Origin: Pseudobdellovibrionaceae bacterium
Lineage (GTDB): Bacteria > Bdellovibrionota > Bdellovibrionia > Bdellovibrionales > UBA1609
Assembly: GCA_030591685.1 (NCBI GenBank)
Contig: JAUVAX010000019.1
Span: forward strand, 1-40,629
Reading direction: 5' to 3'
Length of the DNA: 40,629 nt
Below the pieces are notes generated by a model that was not told where the DNA came from, made no database searches, and saw nothing but the letters and a program-made list of their open reading frames with translations. Below are positions 19,838-28,538 of the stretch, piece by piece. Position 1 is the first letter of the stretch; every line of letters begins with the position of its first letter. Position numbers and translations under genes: made by a program.

Positions 19838-20074
19838 TTACCTCAAGTAATCTACTGATTCCTTAATCTCACTATCAAATTTATTTTTCACTTTATAAAG
19901 GGGGATAAATTTCAAGCCCCTTTTTTGCATTAAATAAGCTCCATCTGGGTTTCTTGAAACTCCATCAACGGAGGCTCCGTCAAAACTAACGTTTTGCTTT
20001 TTTCTGTAAATAACATTTTTTGAAAATGCCGGGAGCACGATGCTCATCGATAGAACAATAATAAAGGCTCTCAT
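19838..20074 (-). CDS. GltF-like small periplasmic gliding protein
   Basis: Signal peptide plus VSFDGASVDG...PDGAYL...LYKVKNKFDSEIKES, resembling GltF; lies between gltE-like and gltG-like genes. Confidence 0.75.
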   Translation of the reverse strand: MRAFIIVLSMSIVLPAFSKNVIYRKKQNVSFDGASVDGVSRNPDGAYLMQKRGLKFIPLYKVKNKFDSEIKESVDYLR

Positions 20075-21000
20075 TTAGTAACCCCTTTCTTTTTTGTTTT
20101 GCTCAGTGAAGATAGATTTCTTTTTTTTGTAAGCTTCTGAGTTTGAACTATTTTAGATTTTAAATTTTTTATCTTTTTCTTTACACTAACCCCTGTAACC
20201 TTAATTACTTTTGATTGCCCATGGTCACTTTGCAAGTCTTCATAGGCATCAAGAGCCGCACTTAAATTTAGTAGCTTTTCCTCATACAGTAGCGCTAAAT
20301 TCAGTCTTGCAATTAGGCTTTTTGAATTTTTACGTAGTGATTTTTTAAGGTGAGTCACTGCTAACTTATGCTCTCCTGTATCTATATAAACTTGACTGAT
20401 GCCATGTAGAGCCGATAAGTTATCTGACTCTTTTGTGAGCACATACTTATAGTGTTCTAAAGCCTTTGAAGGCATCGCATCTCTGGCATAAATTTGAGCT
20501 AAAAACAGGTGTGCTTCAATAATTTTCGGATCTAACGAGAGCGCCTTCTCCAAACTCTTCACAGCAAGAGTTTGGTTTTTTAACTTCCAGTGAATCCTGG
20601 CTTTTTGAAACTCAAGCAGCCCTACATTTGGTGCTTTCTTTTGGGCCAAATCAACCATCCATAAGGCTCTTTCAAAGTGTTTACTATGCAGTGCCGACAA
20701 GCTTAAATAGTAAGCCCCCCAGGGAGCCTTTGAGTGCTTTTCAAGCATTAATCGACTGACAGTGAGCACTCGCTTCCAACGGTTCACCTTTACGCATGAA
20801 TTAGCATAGGACATCAATGATTTTAACTCTTTGAATTTTTTTAATACGTGAGTCCCCTTACAATCTCTTGAGCTCACATCAGACATTGATTTGGGCTCAT
20901 ACTTTGATTTAAAGTTTAAGACCTTTTGCTTGTTAGTAGGACCGACACTGGCACAGGCAGTAAACATAAACGCAAATAAAAGTATATAAATTAACTTCAT
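20071..21000 (-). CDS. TPR lipoprotein, GltE/AglT-like
   Basis: Lipobox FTAC at residues 14-17 and several TPR repeats (ALSLDPKIIEAHLFLAQIY, ARLNLALLY); gltD-E-F-G synteny. Confidence 0.75.
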   Translation of the reverse strand: MKLIYILLFAFMFTACASVGPTNKQKVLNFKSKYEPKSMSDVSSRDCKGTHVLKKFKELKSLMSYANSCVKVNRWKRVLTVSRLMLEKHSKAPWGAYYLSLSALHSKHFERALWMVDLAQKKAPNVGLLEFQKARIHWKLKNQTLAVKSLEKALSLDPKIIEAHLFLAQIYARDAMPSKALEHYKYVLTKESDNLSALHGISQVYIDTGEHKLAVTHLKKSLRKNSKSLIARLNLALLYEEKLLNLSAALDAYEDLQSDHGQSKVIKVTGVSVKKKIKNLKSKIVQTQKLTKKRNLSSLSKTKKKGVTK

Positions 21001-23948
21001 AATGCCCCTCCGTATTCAATGGCCAAAACTGGAGGCAGGTGACCCACTTTAACTAGGCTTGGCAGTGACTTAACCATATTGGCCTCGTTCAACTTATTTT
21101 GCAACTCAGTAACACTGCCATCATGTAATTGATACTTTTTAGCTAAGCTCAGGGCCTCTGAAAGAGTCTCAACACTACGCTCTTCCACTGGGTATGCTAT
21201 TTTTTCAATTTCTTGCCGAAAGGTAGGCTCATCTTTACTTTCAAGACCTCTTGGTGTTGGCATATTTAAAAGGCTTTTATAAAAATTCTTATATATGCTC
21301 GTCAACCGGGTCATTGCTTTAACAGAAACCCCAGGGTCCCCGTATCTAATGGCCGATTCGTAAGCTCTTTGTGCTTTATCGAGTTTTCCTGTTTTTAAAT
21401 TTAATACTAAGGATAATCGATCTAAACTTGTTTTTAAACTTTGGTTTTCAAATTCACCTTGTAAAATTTCTGCCTGTATAAATCGAGCTCGAGCTTTTGC
21501 ATATGTAGAAGCTTTAGAGCCCATGCTTAATATTTTCTTTGCCTCAACAAAGGCCTTTGGCAATTGATTTGTTTTAGCATAATTTTCAACATATTTAAGT
21601 TGAGCCAAGCTGGCATCAGGTTGAAACTTATTTTTTATAATTATATTAAGTATCCTTTGATGGGCCTTTGATAAGGGCTTTGAAGACTCCAAAATCTCCA
21701 AACTCTTAAGGGCCTGGTGCTGAATCTTTTTATTGGGGCTATTTAACAACTTAAAGTAAAGGGCCTTTGCCTTTTTTGTTTTACCTGATAAAAAATAAAA
21801 ATCAGCTGCTAATGTTAACCATTTAACAGACTCTTTTTTATCCTTCTTACTTAAAGACTCTAAAATAACTGCAGCTCTCTGAGTATTACCAATCGCCTCG
21901 TATGATTGGGCCGCCTTTACTAATGCCTCTTTTACGTGAGGGGCCGCTGGAAAAAGTCGGTAGTAAGATTCAGCGGCCTTCGCGCCGACGAGGAAATCCT
22001 GCATCTTATAATGGATTTGTATCGCATTCCACCAAGCCTTTTCTGCTAATTCTGACTTAGGGTTTTGTATGGCAAACTTTTTGTAATCACTAGCGGCCTT
22101 TTTAAGCTTTCCCTTTTCTTCAGTCTTTTGAACAAGTAGAAAGTAAGACTGCTCGTAGAGGTGATTTAATTTTATTTTTCTACCCTTTGACTTCTCTCTT
22201 TTTATTAATTTATATACATAAGTTTTTAATTGAGCGTAATCCTTTTGGATATTTAAAATATCAAGGTAAATATCCTGGGCCTTAATCCCCTTTTTATGGT
22301 CCTTGTAGGATTCACCAAGTACTATAAACTTAAGTTTAGCTTCTTTGTACCTGGCTTTCTCGTAGGCGATAAGCCCTAGTTTAAACTCAACATCTAACCG
22401 GTGTTTACCTCTTTTATGATTGCTAATGTAATTATTTGATAATTTAACGAGACTCTTTTCATCTGTATCGTTCCATTTATCTTTAACTGATTTTTGCAGA
22501 CTCACAATGGCTGCATACCGTGAATCATGTGCCATCTGGCCTTTACTGGACTTAGTCCCCAGCACATAACTGCCCACAAGGCTATACTGTGATGATGCAA
22601 GGGAGTACTTTTTTAATTGAAATAACAGGTCCGCATATATATATCGAGCCTTTGTAGCAACAGATCCTTTAGTGTTATGAGATAAATACACAGAGAACGC
22701 CCCCTCTGCCGAATGGGCAAATACTGGGTGCGTGGGGTTCTTTTTCCATAGTCTAATCCACTTAGAGCTTAAGTTTAGACTTAGTTTGTTCAGGTCTTTT
22801 TTGCAGTCCCTGATCTCTGTAAATCGCTTTTTATCTTTGGCACTCACCCTTGACCAATCACTCTTAAAGCAAAATTCATCGTAAGCTTTGAGGTGTGAGA
22901 CCACCTGAGGCCTGTTTTTCATATCTTCATAGTTTTCAACCCTATATCGGTGGGCCGTAGGTAACAACGATGAGCTGGTTTCATTTTCTATAAAATCCTT
23001 TAAAATAATTTCTCGACTTTTATACTTACTGTGAATTTTATAAAGGTGTGAAAGTTTCATTATGTAAACACTGGCATCAAGTTCGCCAGCCCACTTTTTA
23101 AAGTACTCGTAACCTCTATTAGCTGAGTGGACATCTTCAAAAAATAAACTCATATCGCCAAGGGCTTCCTTTCTTAAATCAAGCCTCGCATCAATATTAT
23201 TTTTTACTACATAACGGCCATATTTAACAACATCCTCTAATTGTTTTAACCCTAGGTCTGTTTTTCGCAAATTATAATAAGTCCAAGCCGCCTTATATAA
23301 ACCGTAAGGATAAACCCGTGAGTCCGGATACTTTCTAATGGCTTGAAAATGTGACAATGCGTTTTTAAAACTTTTTGCTTTATAATTGATCTCTCCTATT
23401 GCCAAATGTGCATCTGGAACAAGTGGTGAGTACGAGTAGTTTTTAACTAATTTCCAGTATTTTTTTTCGGCATTACGGCCCTGTCCTATTTGTTGATAGG
23501 CCATTCCGTTGTTAAATATAACAAGATCTATGTTTTCATATGTTGGGAATTTTGACTCAATATAGCTATAAACCCTAATGGCCTTTTTTAAAAACTTCTT
23601 AGATGATTGATTTTTAAGCGTCCTGGGCATAAATGAGATTACTTTTCTTGAATCCTTATTGAGTTCAAAAAACAATACTGTTTTTGACCTTCGAACATAC
23701 AACTCTGCAAGCCTCATTTGCATATCTGGCTCTAGAGGTGTGTTCTTGTACTTTCTTATCAGTTTTTTTAATAATTTTATGGCCTTTTTTTCAGATTTTG
23801 AGACTAATATTTCAGTTTTCAGGGCCGTAATATCTGAAGTCCCCCTCAGCTGACTCTCAATTGAGCCTTTCTGCGCTGAATAGGCCTTGAACCCACTTAA
23901 TATAGTGAGCAAAAGAATTATTAGAATGGTTTTTACCGCCTTAAACAT
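20997..23948 (-). CDS. Large periplasmic TPR protein, GltD/AgmU-like
   Basis: Signal peptide, many TPRs (YGLYKAAWTYYNL), C-terminal YESAIRYG...MPTPRGL...FRQEIEKIAYPVEERSVETL typical of GltD; follows the motor genes. Confidence 0.8.
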   Translation of the reverse strand: MFKAVKTILIILLLTILSGFKAYSAQKGSIESQLRGTSDITALKTEILVSKSEKKAIKLLKKLIRKYKNTPLEPDMQMRLAELYVRRSKTVLFFELNKDSRKVISFMPRTLKNQSSKKFLKKAIRVYSYIESKFPTYENIDLVIFNNGMAYQQIGQGRNAEKKYWKLVKNYSYSPLVPDAHLAIGEINYKAKSFKNALSHFQAIRKYPDSRVYPYGLYKAAWTYYNLRKTDLGLKQLEDVVKYGRYVVKNNIDARLDLRKEALGDMSLFFEDVHSANRGYEYFKKWAGELDASVYIMKLSHLYKIHSKYKSREIILKDFIENETSSSLLPTAHRYRVENYEDMKNRPQVVSHLKAYDEFCFKSDWSRVSAKDKKRFTEIRDCKKDLNKLSLNLSSKWIRLWKKNPTHPVFAHSAEGAFSVYLSHNTKGSVATKARYIYADLLFQLKKYSLASSQYSLVGSYVLGTKSSKGQMAHDSRYAAIVSLQKSVKDKWNDTDEKSLVKLSNNYISNHKRGKHRLDVEFKLGLIAYEKARYKEAKLKFIVLGESYKDHKKGIKAQDIYLDILNIQKDYAQLKTYVYKLIKREKSKGRKIKLNHLYEQSYFLLVQKTEEKGKLKKAASDYKKFAIQNPKSELAEKAWWNAIQIHYKMQDFLVGAKAAESYYRLFPAAPHVKEALVKAAQSYEAIGNTQRAAVILESLSKKDKKESVKWLTLAADFYFLSGKTKKAKALYFKLLNSPNKKIQHQALKSLEILESSKPLSKAHQRILNIIIKNKFQPDASLAQLKYVENYAKTNQLPKAFVEAKKILSMGSKASTYAKARARFIQAEILQGEFENQSLKTSLDRLSLVLNLKTGKLDKAQRAYESAIRYGDPGVSVKAMTRLTSIYKNFYKSLLNMPTPRGLESKDEPTFRQEIEKIAYPVEERSVETLSEALSLAKKYQLHDGSVTELQNKLNEANMVKSLPSLVKVGHLPPVLAIEYGGAL

Positions 23949-23955
23949 CTTTCAC

Positions 23956-24468
23956 CTATTCCATTGATAATGTAGCCATTTTTAAGTCCGCATACCCTGC
24001 CATCGAGGCTGTATACATAACTTTTTTTAACACCCCGTAGGGCAGCTCTTTATCTGCTTGCATAATTATTTTTCCGTCAAATTTATATTCTTCGTTCTTC
24101 TCAGCAATAGCCCTAGCCTTCTCAGCTTCATTATTTAAAGCCTTAAAAAGGTCACTAATAAAATCTGAGTCTTCACTAGCAATATCTCTATTTAAAATTT
24201 TACCATTCTCAAATGTAATTACCTGCCTGTCCTGAACAAAAATACCCATTTTTGATACCACAACCTTAACCCCTTCCACCGGGCTTGTGTAGGAAGATGA
24301 CATTGGTAAATCTAAACCCTTTTGAGGAGTTATATTAACCGCACTTGTTGAGTAGCTTTTAAGTAAGAATACAATAATAATAGTAAACATATCCACCATC
24401 GCCGTAAGCTGGAGGATGAATGTAGATTTTTTATTATTTCTCTTCATTGCATTAACAACTCTACTCAT
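23956..24468 (-). CDS. ExbD/TolR family motor subunit, AglS-like
   Basis: TM LQLTAMVDMFTIIIVFLLKSYS with conserved Asp26; C-terminal IIMQADKELPYGVLKKVMYTASMAGY. Confidence 0.85.
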   Translation of the reverse strand: MSRVVNAMKRNNKKSTFILQLTAMVDMFTIIIVFLLKSYSTSAVNITPQKGLDLPMSSSYTSPVEGVKVVVSKMGIFVQDRQVITFENGKILNRDIASEDSDFISDLFKALNNEAEKARAIAEKNEEYKFDGKIIMQADKELPYGVLKKVMYTASMAGYADLKMATLSME

Positions 24469-25035
24469 CTAGCCCCCCACTACGTTTGAGAAAATAATAT
24501 CCGGAAACATAACTGTCGTCTCGACTCTTTTATTGGACTCTTTGTCTCGTATATAAAGCTTAGGATCCTCTGACTTAGTACCACGCGCCTCATCAATAAC
24601 TTTTACAATATCCTCATATGATACTGATTCAGCAGGAACTAGATCAATCCTAAAAGTTCGTGGGTACTTTTGCTTAATTGTTACTAGTTGAGTATGGAGA
24701 CGATTCAGATCCCACTGACCACCTCGACTAGATATTTTAATGCTCTTTCTTGACCTTTTGCCTTTTGAAATATTTAAGTAAAAGGACTTGTTCTTCTTCA
24801 TATTCAGTTGAATAGATATTTTTTTGTTTTTATTATTTCTATCTTCCTCAATTGCTTTTTGCACTACTTGTGGAAGTGCACTTTCAATAATAGTGACTTT
24901 TACAAATACTGTGGCTAGGAGCATAATTGGAATTAAAGTTACCATTAGAGCTAACATTGGGGATAGATCGAGGTCATATGTGCTCTCCTCGTCACTACCA
25001 CTCTTAAATCGTATTTTATTTCTTTTAAAAGCCAT
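24469..25035 (-). CDS. ExbD/TolR family motor subunit, AglQ-like, lacking the TM Asp
   Basis: DLDLSPMLALMVTLIPIMLL TM; C-terminal IDLVPAESVSYEDIVKVIDEAR...FPDI; directly after the MotA/TolQ-family gene. Confidence 0.82.
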   Translation of the reverse strand: MAFKRNKIRFKSGSDEESTYDLDLSPMLALMVTLIPIMLLATVFVKVTIIESALPQVVQKAIEEDRNNKNKKISIQLNMKKNKSFYLNISKGKRSRKSIKISSRGGQWDLNRLHTQLVTIKQKYPRTFRIDLVPAESVSYEDIVKVIDEARGTKSEDPKLYIRDKESNKRVETTVMFPDIIFSNVVGG

Positions 25036-25051
25036 TTTAAAAGTCCTTAGG

Positions 25052-25780
25052 TTAAGCTGATTTTCTATTTGATGGCGGAGGAGACCCTTTACTGCTCGAC
25101 TCAGGGATTTTCTTAGCCTCTAGGTCATCAGGGAAAGCGGCATCTTCTGTAAAAGGTTGATAGTGACGAGTCATTAGTAAGTCTACAACTTTTGTAGAGT
25201 ACTCTGAGATTTCCTCAAGTAGTTTATTTTGCCTTGAATGTAAAAACGAATAAGCAATCATAACTGGGATCGCTACCGATAGTCCTAAAGCCGTTGTGGT
25301 CATGGCCATTGAAATACCCTGTGATAATATAATTTGTTTTTGTGAGGGGTCGGCGAAACTCACAGCCTTAAAGGCCATAATTAAACCTAGGATAGTCCCT
25401 AATAATCCAACAAGTGTAGCTACGTTTGAGATCATCGATAAGTACCCGAGTCTTCGACCAAGATTTGGTATTACCTCCGAGAGCGAAATATCAAGCCCCT
25501 GATAGATCCCCTCATCATCCCTATCTGACCTTTCGAGAACACCTTTAATAACATGAGCCAAAGGTGCCTTTTCATTTGCAGCACAAAAGGTCACAGCATC
25601 CTCAACCTTATCACTAAGTATATAGCTTTTAACCTGAGTCATAAAGGACTCGGATTGTATTGCATAATCGAAATACAATACTTTAACTCGCTCTACGATG
25701 AGCGCAAGTCCACAAATGCCCATAACTACAATTACGTAAACTGGCCCGTGATCGACAATTGCTGATATTAACGAATCCAT
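25052..25780 (-). CDS. MotA/TolQ/ExbB family proton-channel subunit, AglR-like
   Basis: Three TMs; ATLVGLLGTILGLIMAF and GISMAMTTTALGLSVAIP; first of three motor genes upstream of gltD. Confidence 0.9.
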   Translation of the reverse strand: MDSLISAIVDHGPVYVIVVMGICGLALIVERVKVLYFDYAIQSESFMTQVKSYILSDKVEDAVTFCAANEKAPLAHVIKGVLERSDRDDEGIYQGLDISLSEVIPNLGRRLGYLSMISNVATLVGLLGTILGLIMAFKAVSFADPSQKQIILSQGISMAMTTTALGLSVAIPVMIAYSFLHSRQNKLLEEISEYSTKVVDLLMTRHYQPFTEDAAFPDDLEAKKIPESSSKGSPPPSNRKSA

Positions 25781-25908
25781 TTATATCCCCCTGATATATT
25801 ATTTTTACATTCAATAAAGGAGACATTATATACTTCTCCCTTTTTTTTTATTTTGCTCTGGAGGGTACATACAGAAGTTTGAGCGTATTAAATTTAAATC
25901 TAAAAAAG

Positions 25909-26745
25909 CTATGCGGCCTTAGCGCTATTCGAGTAGGCCATAATTGCTTTTTGAGTATCATCATTAATTGTAGTAAATTTTAAACCATACCTAATGGGCG
26001 AATCCTTTGATTTAACACCATCAACAAACTGCTTACTAACAACTTCACAGACAGCATTAAATGGCGGAACCCCATCACAGGGTTTAAAATGTAAATACAA
26101 GGTATCACCAGGGACAGCCAGAGAGTTCTCCATAATAACGCCGGCCCCGCCGGAGCTGATCTCCATGGCCCGACCTTTCCAAACGTTACTGTTATTGTGT
26201 ATAATTATAGTGCCATTATACACTGATCTTTTATGTCTTCTTCTGAAAAACAATTCTGATACTTCGGCCGTAGATTCACTTTTTAAATTCTTAATTTTTT
26301 CTGGAGTAAATGACTCTACTTCTGCGATCCTCTTCCAAACATCCATATCTGACTTCCAAATAAAATCGAATTCAAAAATGAGCTTTTCTTGTAACATCTT
26401 AATGACGTCCCCGTATGAGAACGGACCAAATTTATTTTCACCCTTTAATAGAAACCACTCTGTAATGTCACCAGCCTCACCAATCTTAATATCTGAAGGC
26501 TCGTCATCGACCAAGCCATGAGGCTTTTCAACAGTATTTGTAGGGGGCGCTTGTGGCTTCACCGACTTAACTTGTTTCATAAGCTCATCATGATCTACAA
26601 AGGAGACCCACTCACCTGATTCTTCACTATAGATATAATCCATAACCGATAACTTTTTTGATTTAACTTTTTTAACAATTTCATTAAGAGTTAATGGACC
26701 CATTTCTTGGCCCTCATGTGAAACATGAAATTTTTCTTTACTCAT
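25909..26745 (-). CDS. Tandem GYF_2 (DUF4339-like) domains plus C-terminal PilZ domain
   Basis: Repeat 1 FHVSHEGQEMGPLTLNEI...DYIY...W; repeat 2 WFLLKGENKFGPFSYGDV...DFIWKSDMDVWKRI; PilZ motifs RRHKR and EISSGG; terminal YGLKF. Confidence 0.85.
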   Translation of the reverse strand: MSKEKFHVSHEGQEMGPLTLNEIVKKVKSKKLSVMDYIYSEESGEWVSFVDHDELMKQVKSVKPQAPPTNTVEKPHGLVDDEPSDIKIGEAGDITEWFLLKGENKFGPFSYGDVIKMLQEKLIFEFDFIWKSDMDVWKRIAEVESFTPEKIKNLKSESTAEVSELFFRRRHKRSVYNGTIIIHNNSNVWKGRAMEISSGGAGVIMENSLAVPGDTLYLHFKPCDGVPPFNAVCEVVSKQFVDGVKSKDSPIRYGLKFTTINDDTQKAIMAYSNSAKAA

Positions 26746-26788
26746 AACTTAAGTCCTTGCTTCAAAGTTAATCAATATTTATAAACTA

Positions 26789-26815
26789 AAATCGGATGTT
26801 TATTTCATCGACTTA
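26789..26815 (-). promoter_or_regulatory. Putative sigma28 (FliA)-like promoter for the GYF-PilZ / gliding motor operon
   Basis: Minus strand TAAG-N15-TCCGATTT, same geometry as TAAA-N15-GCCGATAA, 43 nt upstream of the ATG. Confidence 0.45.
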
Positions 26816-26917
26816 AGACTTTGTATGTAAAAAAAATAATAATTACAGGCATCTACAAGCTTTAAATGAGCTTATTTTAATTATTTTGTACAACTTGTTT
26901 TCAATGCTCATTTTTTA

Positions 26918-26932
26918 GTTTCAATCTGAAAC
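26918..26932. promoter_or_regulatory. Perfect palindrome GTTTCA-ATC-TGAAAC, candidate regulator site
   Basis: In the divergent intergenic region; an adjacent half-site TGAGAT follows; a degenerate copy ATCTTA-AAT-TGAGAC lies at 18132-18146. Confidence 0.35.
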
Positions 26933-27200
26933 ATACCGGATTGAGATATAGCACAATCTATACTTTAATCTGATTGCATTTACATTTGCCTCAAAAGACA
27001 ATTTTTACCTTTTAAACACTCAACTTGTTTAGTAATGAGCAAGTGAGTTTTAAATAAGTGGATGATAAGCGTTGCCAACAGAAGACTCACTGAGTACTTA
27101 ACTGAGGTGGTCTATTTTAAATGAAACACCTTGGTCATAACCCACTTCATAATGATTTTACTCGTGACAATTGAGATGAGTCTTTGTTAAGGTCTAAATC

Positions 27201-27923
27201 ATGCCCTTAGAAAGCTTAGTTAAAATAGTCACAAAGAGCACTCAAGAGGCCCCCACCTTGGTCGTCTTTGATTTAGATTCAACAATTTTTGATGTAAGCC
27301 CGCGAACTGAAGAAATACTTAAAAGCATAGCTAATGACCCTGAGTTTGCATCGCGCCACCCTGACCAGGCCTTGGCTCTTAAATCTATCGTTGTAAAGTC
27401 AACGGACTGGGGCATTAAAGAAGCTCTTTCTAGAGCTAAAATCACAGGCACTATTGATTTTTTTGAAGAGATCCATAAGCAGTGGTCAAAGTTATTTTTT
27501 AGTAATGATTTTTTACATTTTGATAAACCCTATGAGGGAGTTATTAAGTACATTAAGTATTTAGAAAAGCTAGGGGCACGAATTATGTACCTAACAGGGA
27601 GAGACTCCCATAGGATGGGCAAGGGTTCTCGAGAAGTATTGCTCATGCATGAGCTTCCTGTTGATGACAGCCATCATCAACTTATTTTAAAGCCTCAAAA
27701 GGGCATGAGTGATTCAAAATTTAAACGAGATATTTTTATAGATTTAATAAAAAATCATGATGATATTTGGTTTTTTGAAAACGAACCGGCCAACGTAAAT
27801 TTAATCATAAAAGAAATACCTGAGGTGCAAATTATATTTGTAGACTCTGTCCACTCTAAAAGAGAAGAGAAGCCTGATGAAATACTCTCCATTGGTATGA
27901 ATTTTAACTATAAAGAAAAATAG
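27201..27923 (+). CDS. HAD-superfamily hydrolase / phosphatase
   Basis: Motif I VVFDLDST, motif II YLTGR, Lys in SKFK, acidic motif IV variant FFENEP. Confidence 0.85.
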   Translation: MPLESLVKIVTKSTQEAPTLVVFDLDSTIFDVSPRTEEILKSIANDPEFASRHPDQALALKSIVVKSTDWGIKEALSRAKITGTIDFFEEIHKQWSKLFFSNDFLHFDKPYEGVIKYIKYLEKLGARIMYLTGRDSHRMGKGSREVLLMHELPVDDSHHQLILKPQKGMSDSKFKRDIFIDLIKNHDDIWFFENEPANVNLIIKEIPEVQIIFVDSVHSKREEKPDEILSIGMNFNYKEK

Positions 27924-27977
27924 ACCCTCTGCCCACTTAGATACTTCATTATTGCTGACTTGGCTGTATTACAATAC

Positions 27978-28520
27978 TCACAAGTTAAATATATGATTTT
28001 TTGCTAACAATAATGAGGCCAACATTAAGCCATGGCCGATTTCACCTGACTGCGCTAAATTATAAACCTCATTTATAGGTAAAAGTTTAACATCTATATC
28101 CTCAAAGGGGTCTAAATTTTGTGGACCACACTTTTTACAGTCTCTTGAAATATAAACATACACCTCATTTGTTTGAAGGGCGGGGTTGGGGTAGTGCGTC
28201 CCTATCAACTCTAACTCACCACTGTAACCCGTTTCTTCCTCTAGTTCTCTAAGGGCTGCTTGTGCTACAGTCTCATTTTTACCGGGTTCATAGGTCCCAC
28301 CTGGCAATTCTAAAAAACGCCTCTCAGCAGCATGGCGATATTGATCAACAAGCACCATTTTATCCCCTTCTGTGAGAGCAATCACATGCTCCCAATGAGG
28401 AAACTCAACCACATAGTACTTAGGCATAATTCGACCATCTGGGAGTTCACACCGGTCTCTTCTGATTTTAAATAACCCTAATTTTATAAGCTCTTCAGAC
28501 TCTAAAACTTTCCATTTCAT
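27978..28520 (-). CDS. Nudix hydrolase (ADP-ribose pyrophosphatase-like)
   Basis: LVDQYRH, ELPGG...AALRELEEETGY Nudix box, YPNPA, LDPFEDI. Confidence 0.9.
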   Translation of the reverse strand: MKWKVLESEELIKLGLFKIRRDRCELPDGRIMPKYYVVEFPHWEHVIALTEGDKMVLVDQYRHAAERRFLELPGGTYEPGKNETVAQAALRELEEETGYSGELELIGTHYPNPALQTNEVYVYISRDCKKCGPQNLDPFEDIDVKLLPINEVYNLAQSGEIGHGLMLASLLLAKNHIFNL

Positions 28521-28538
28521 TATTTAGGTCTCCCTCTT

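Noticed and set aside
18342..25780. Tol-Pal or TonB-ExbBD uptake system
   Set aside because: No tolB, pal or TonB-dependent receptor; two ExbD-like genes followed by gltD-E-F-G-like genes indicate Agl-Glt.
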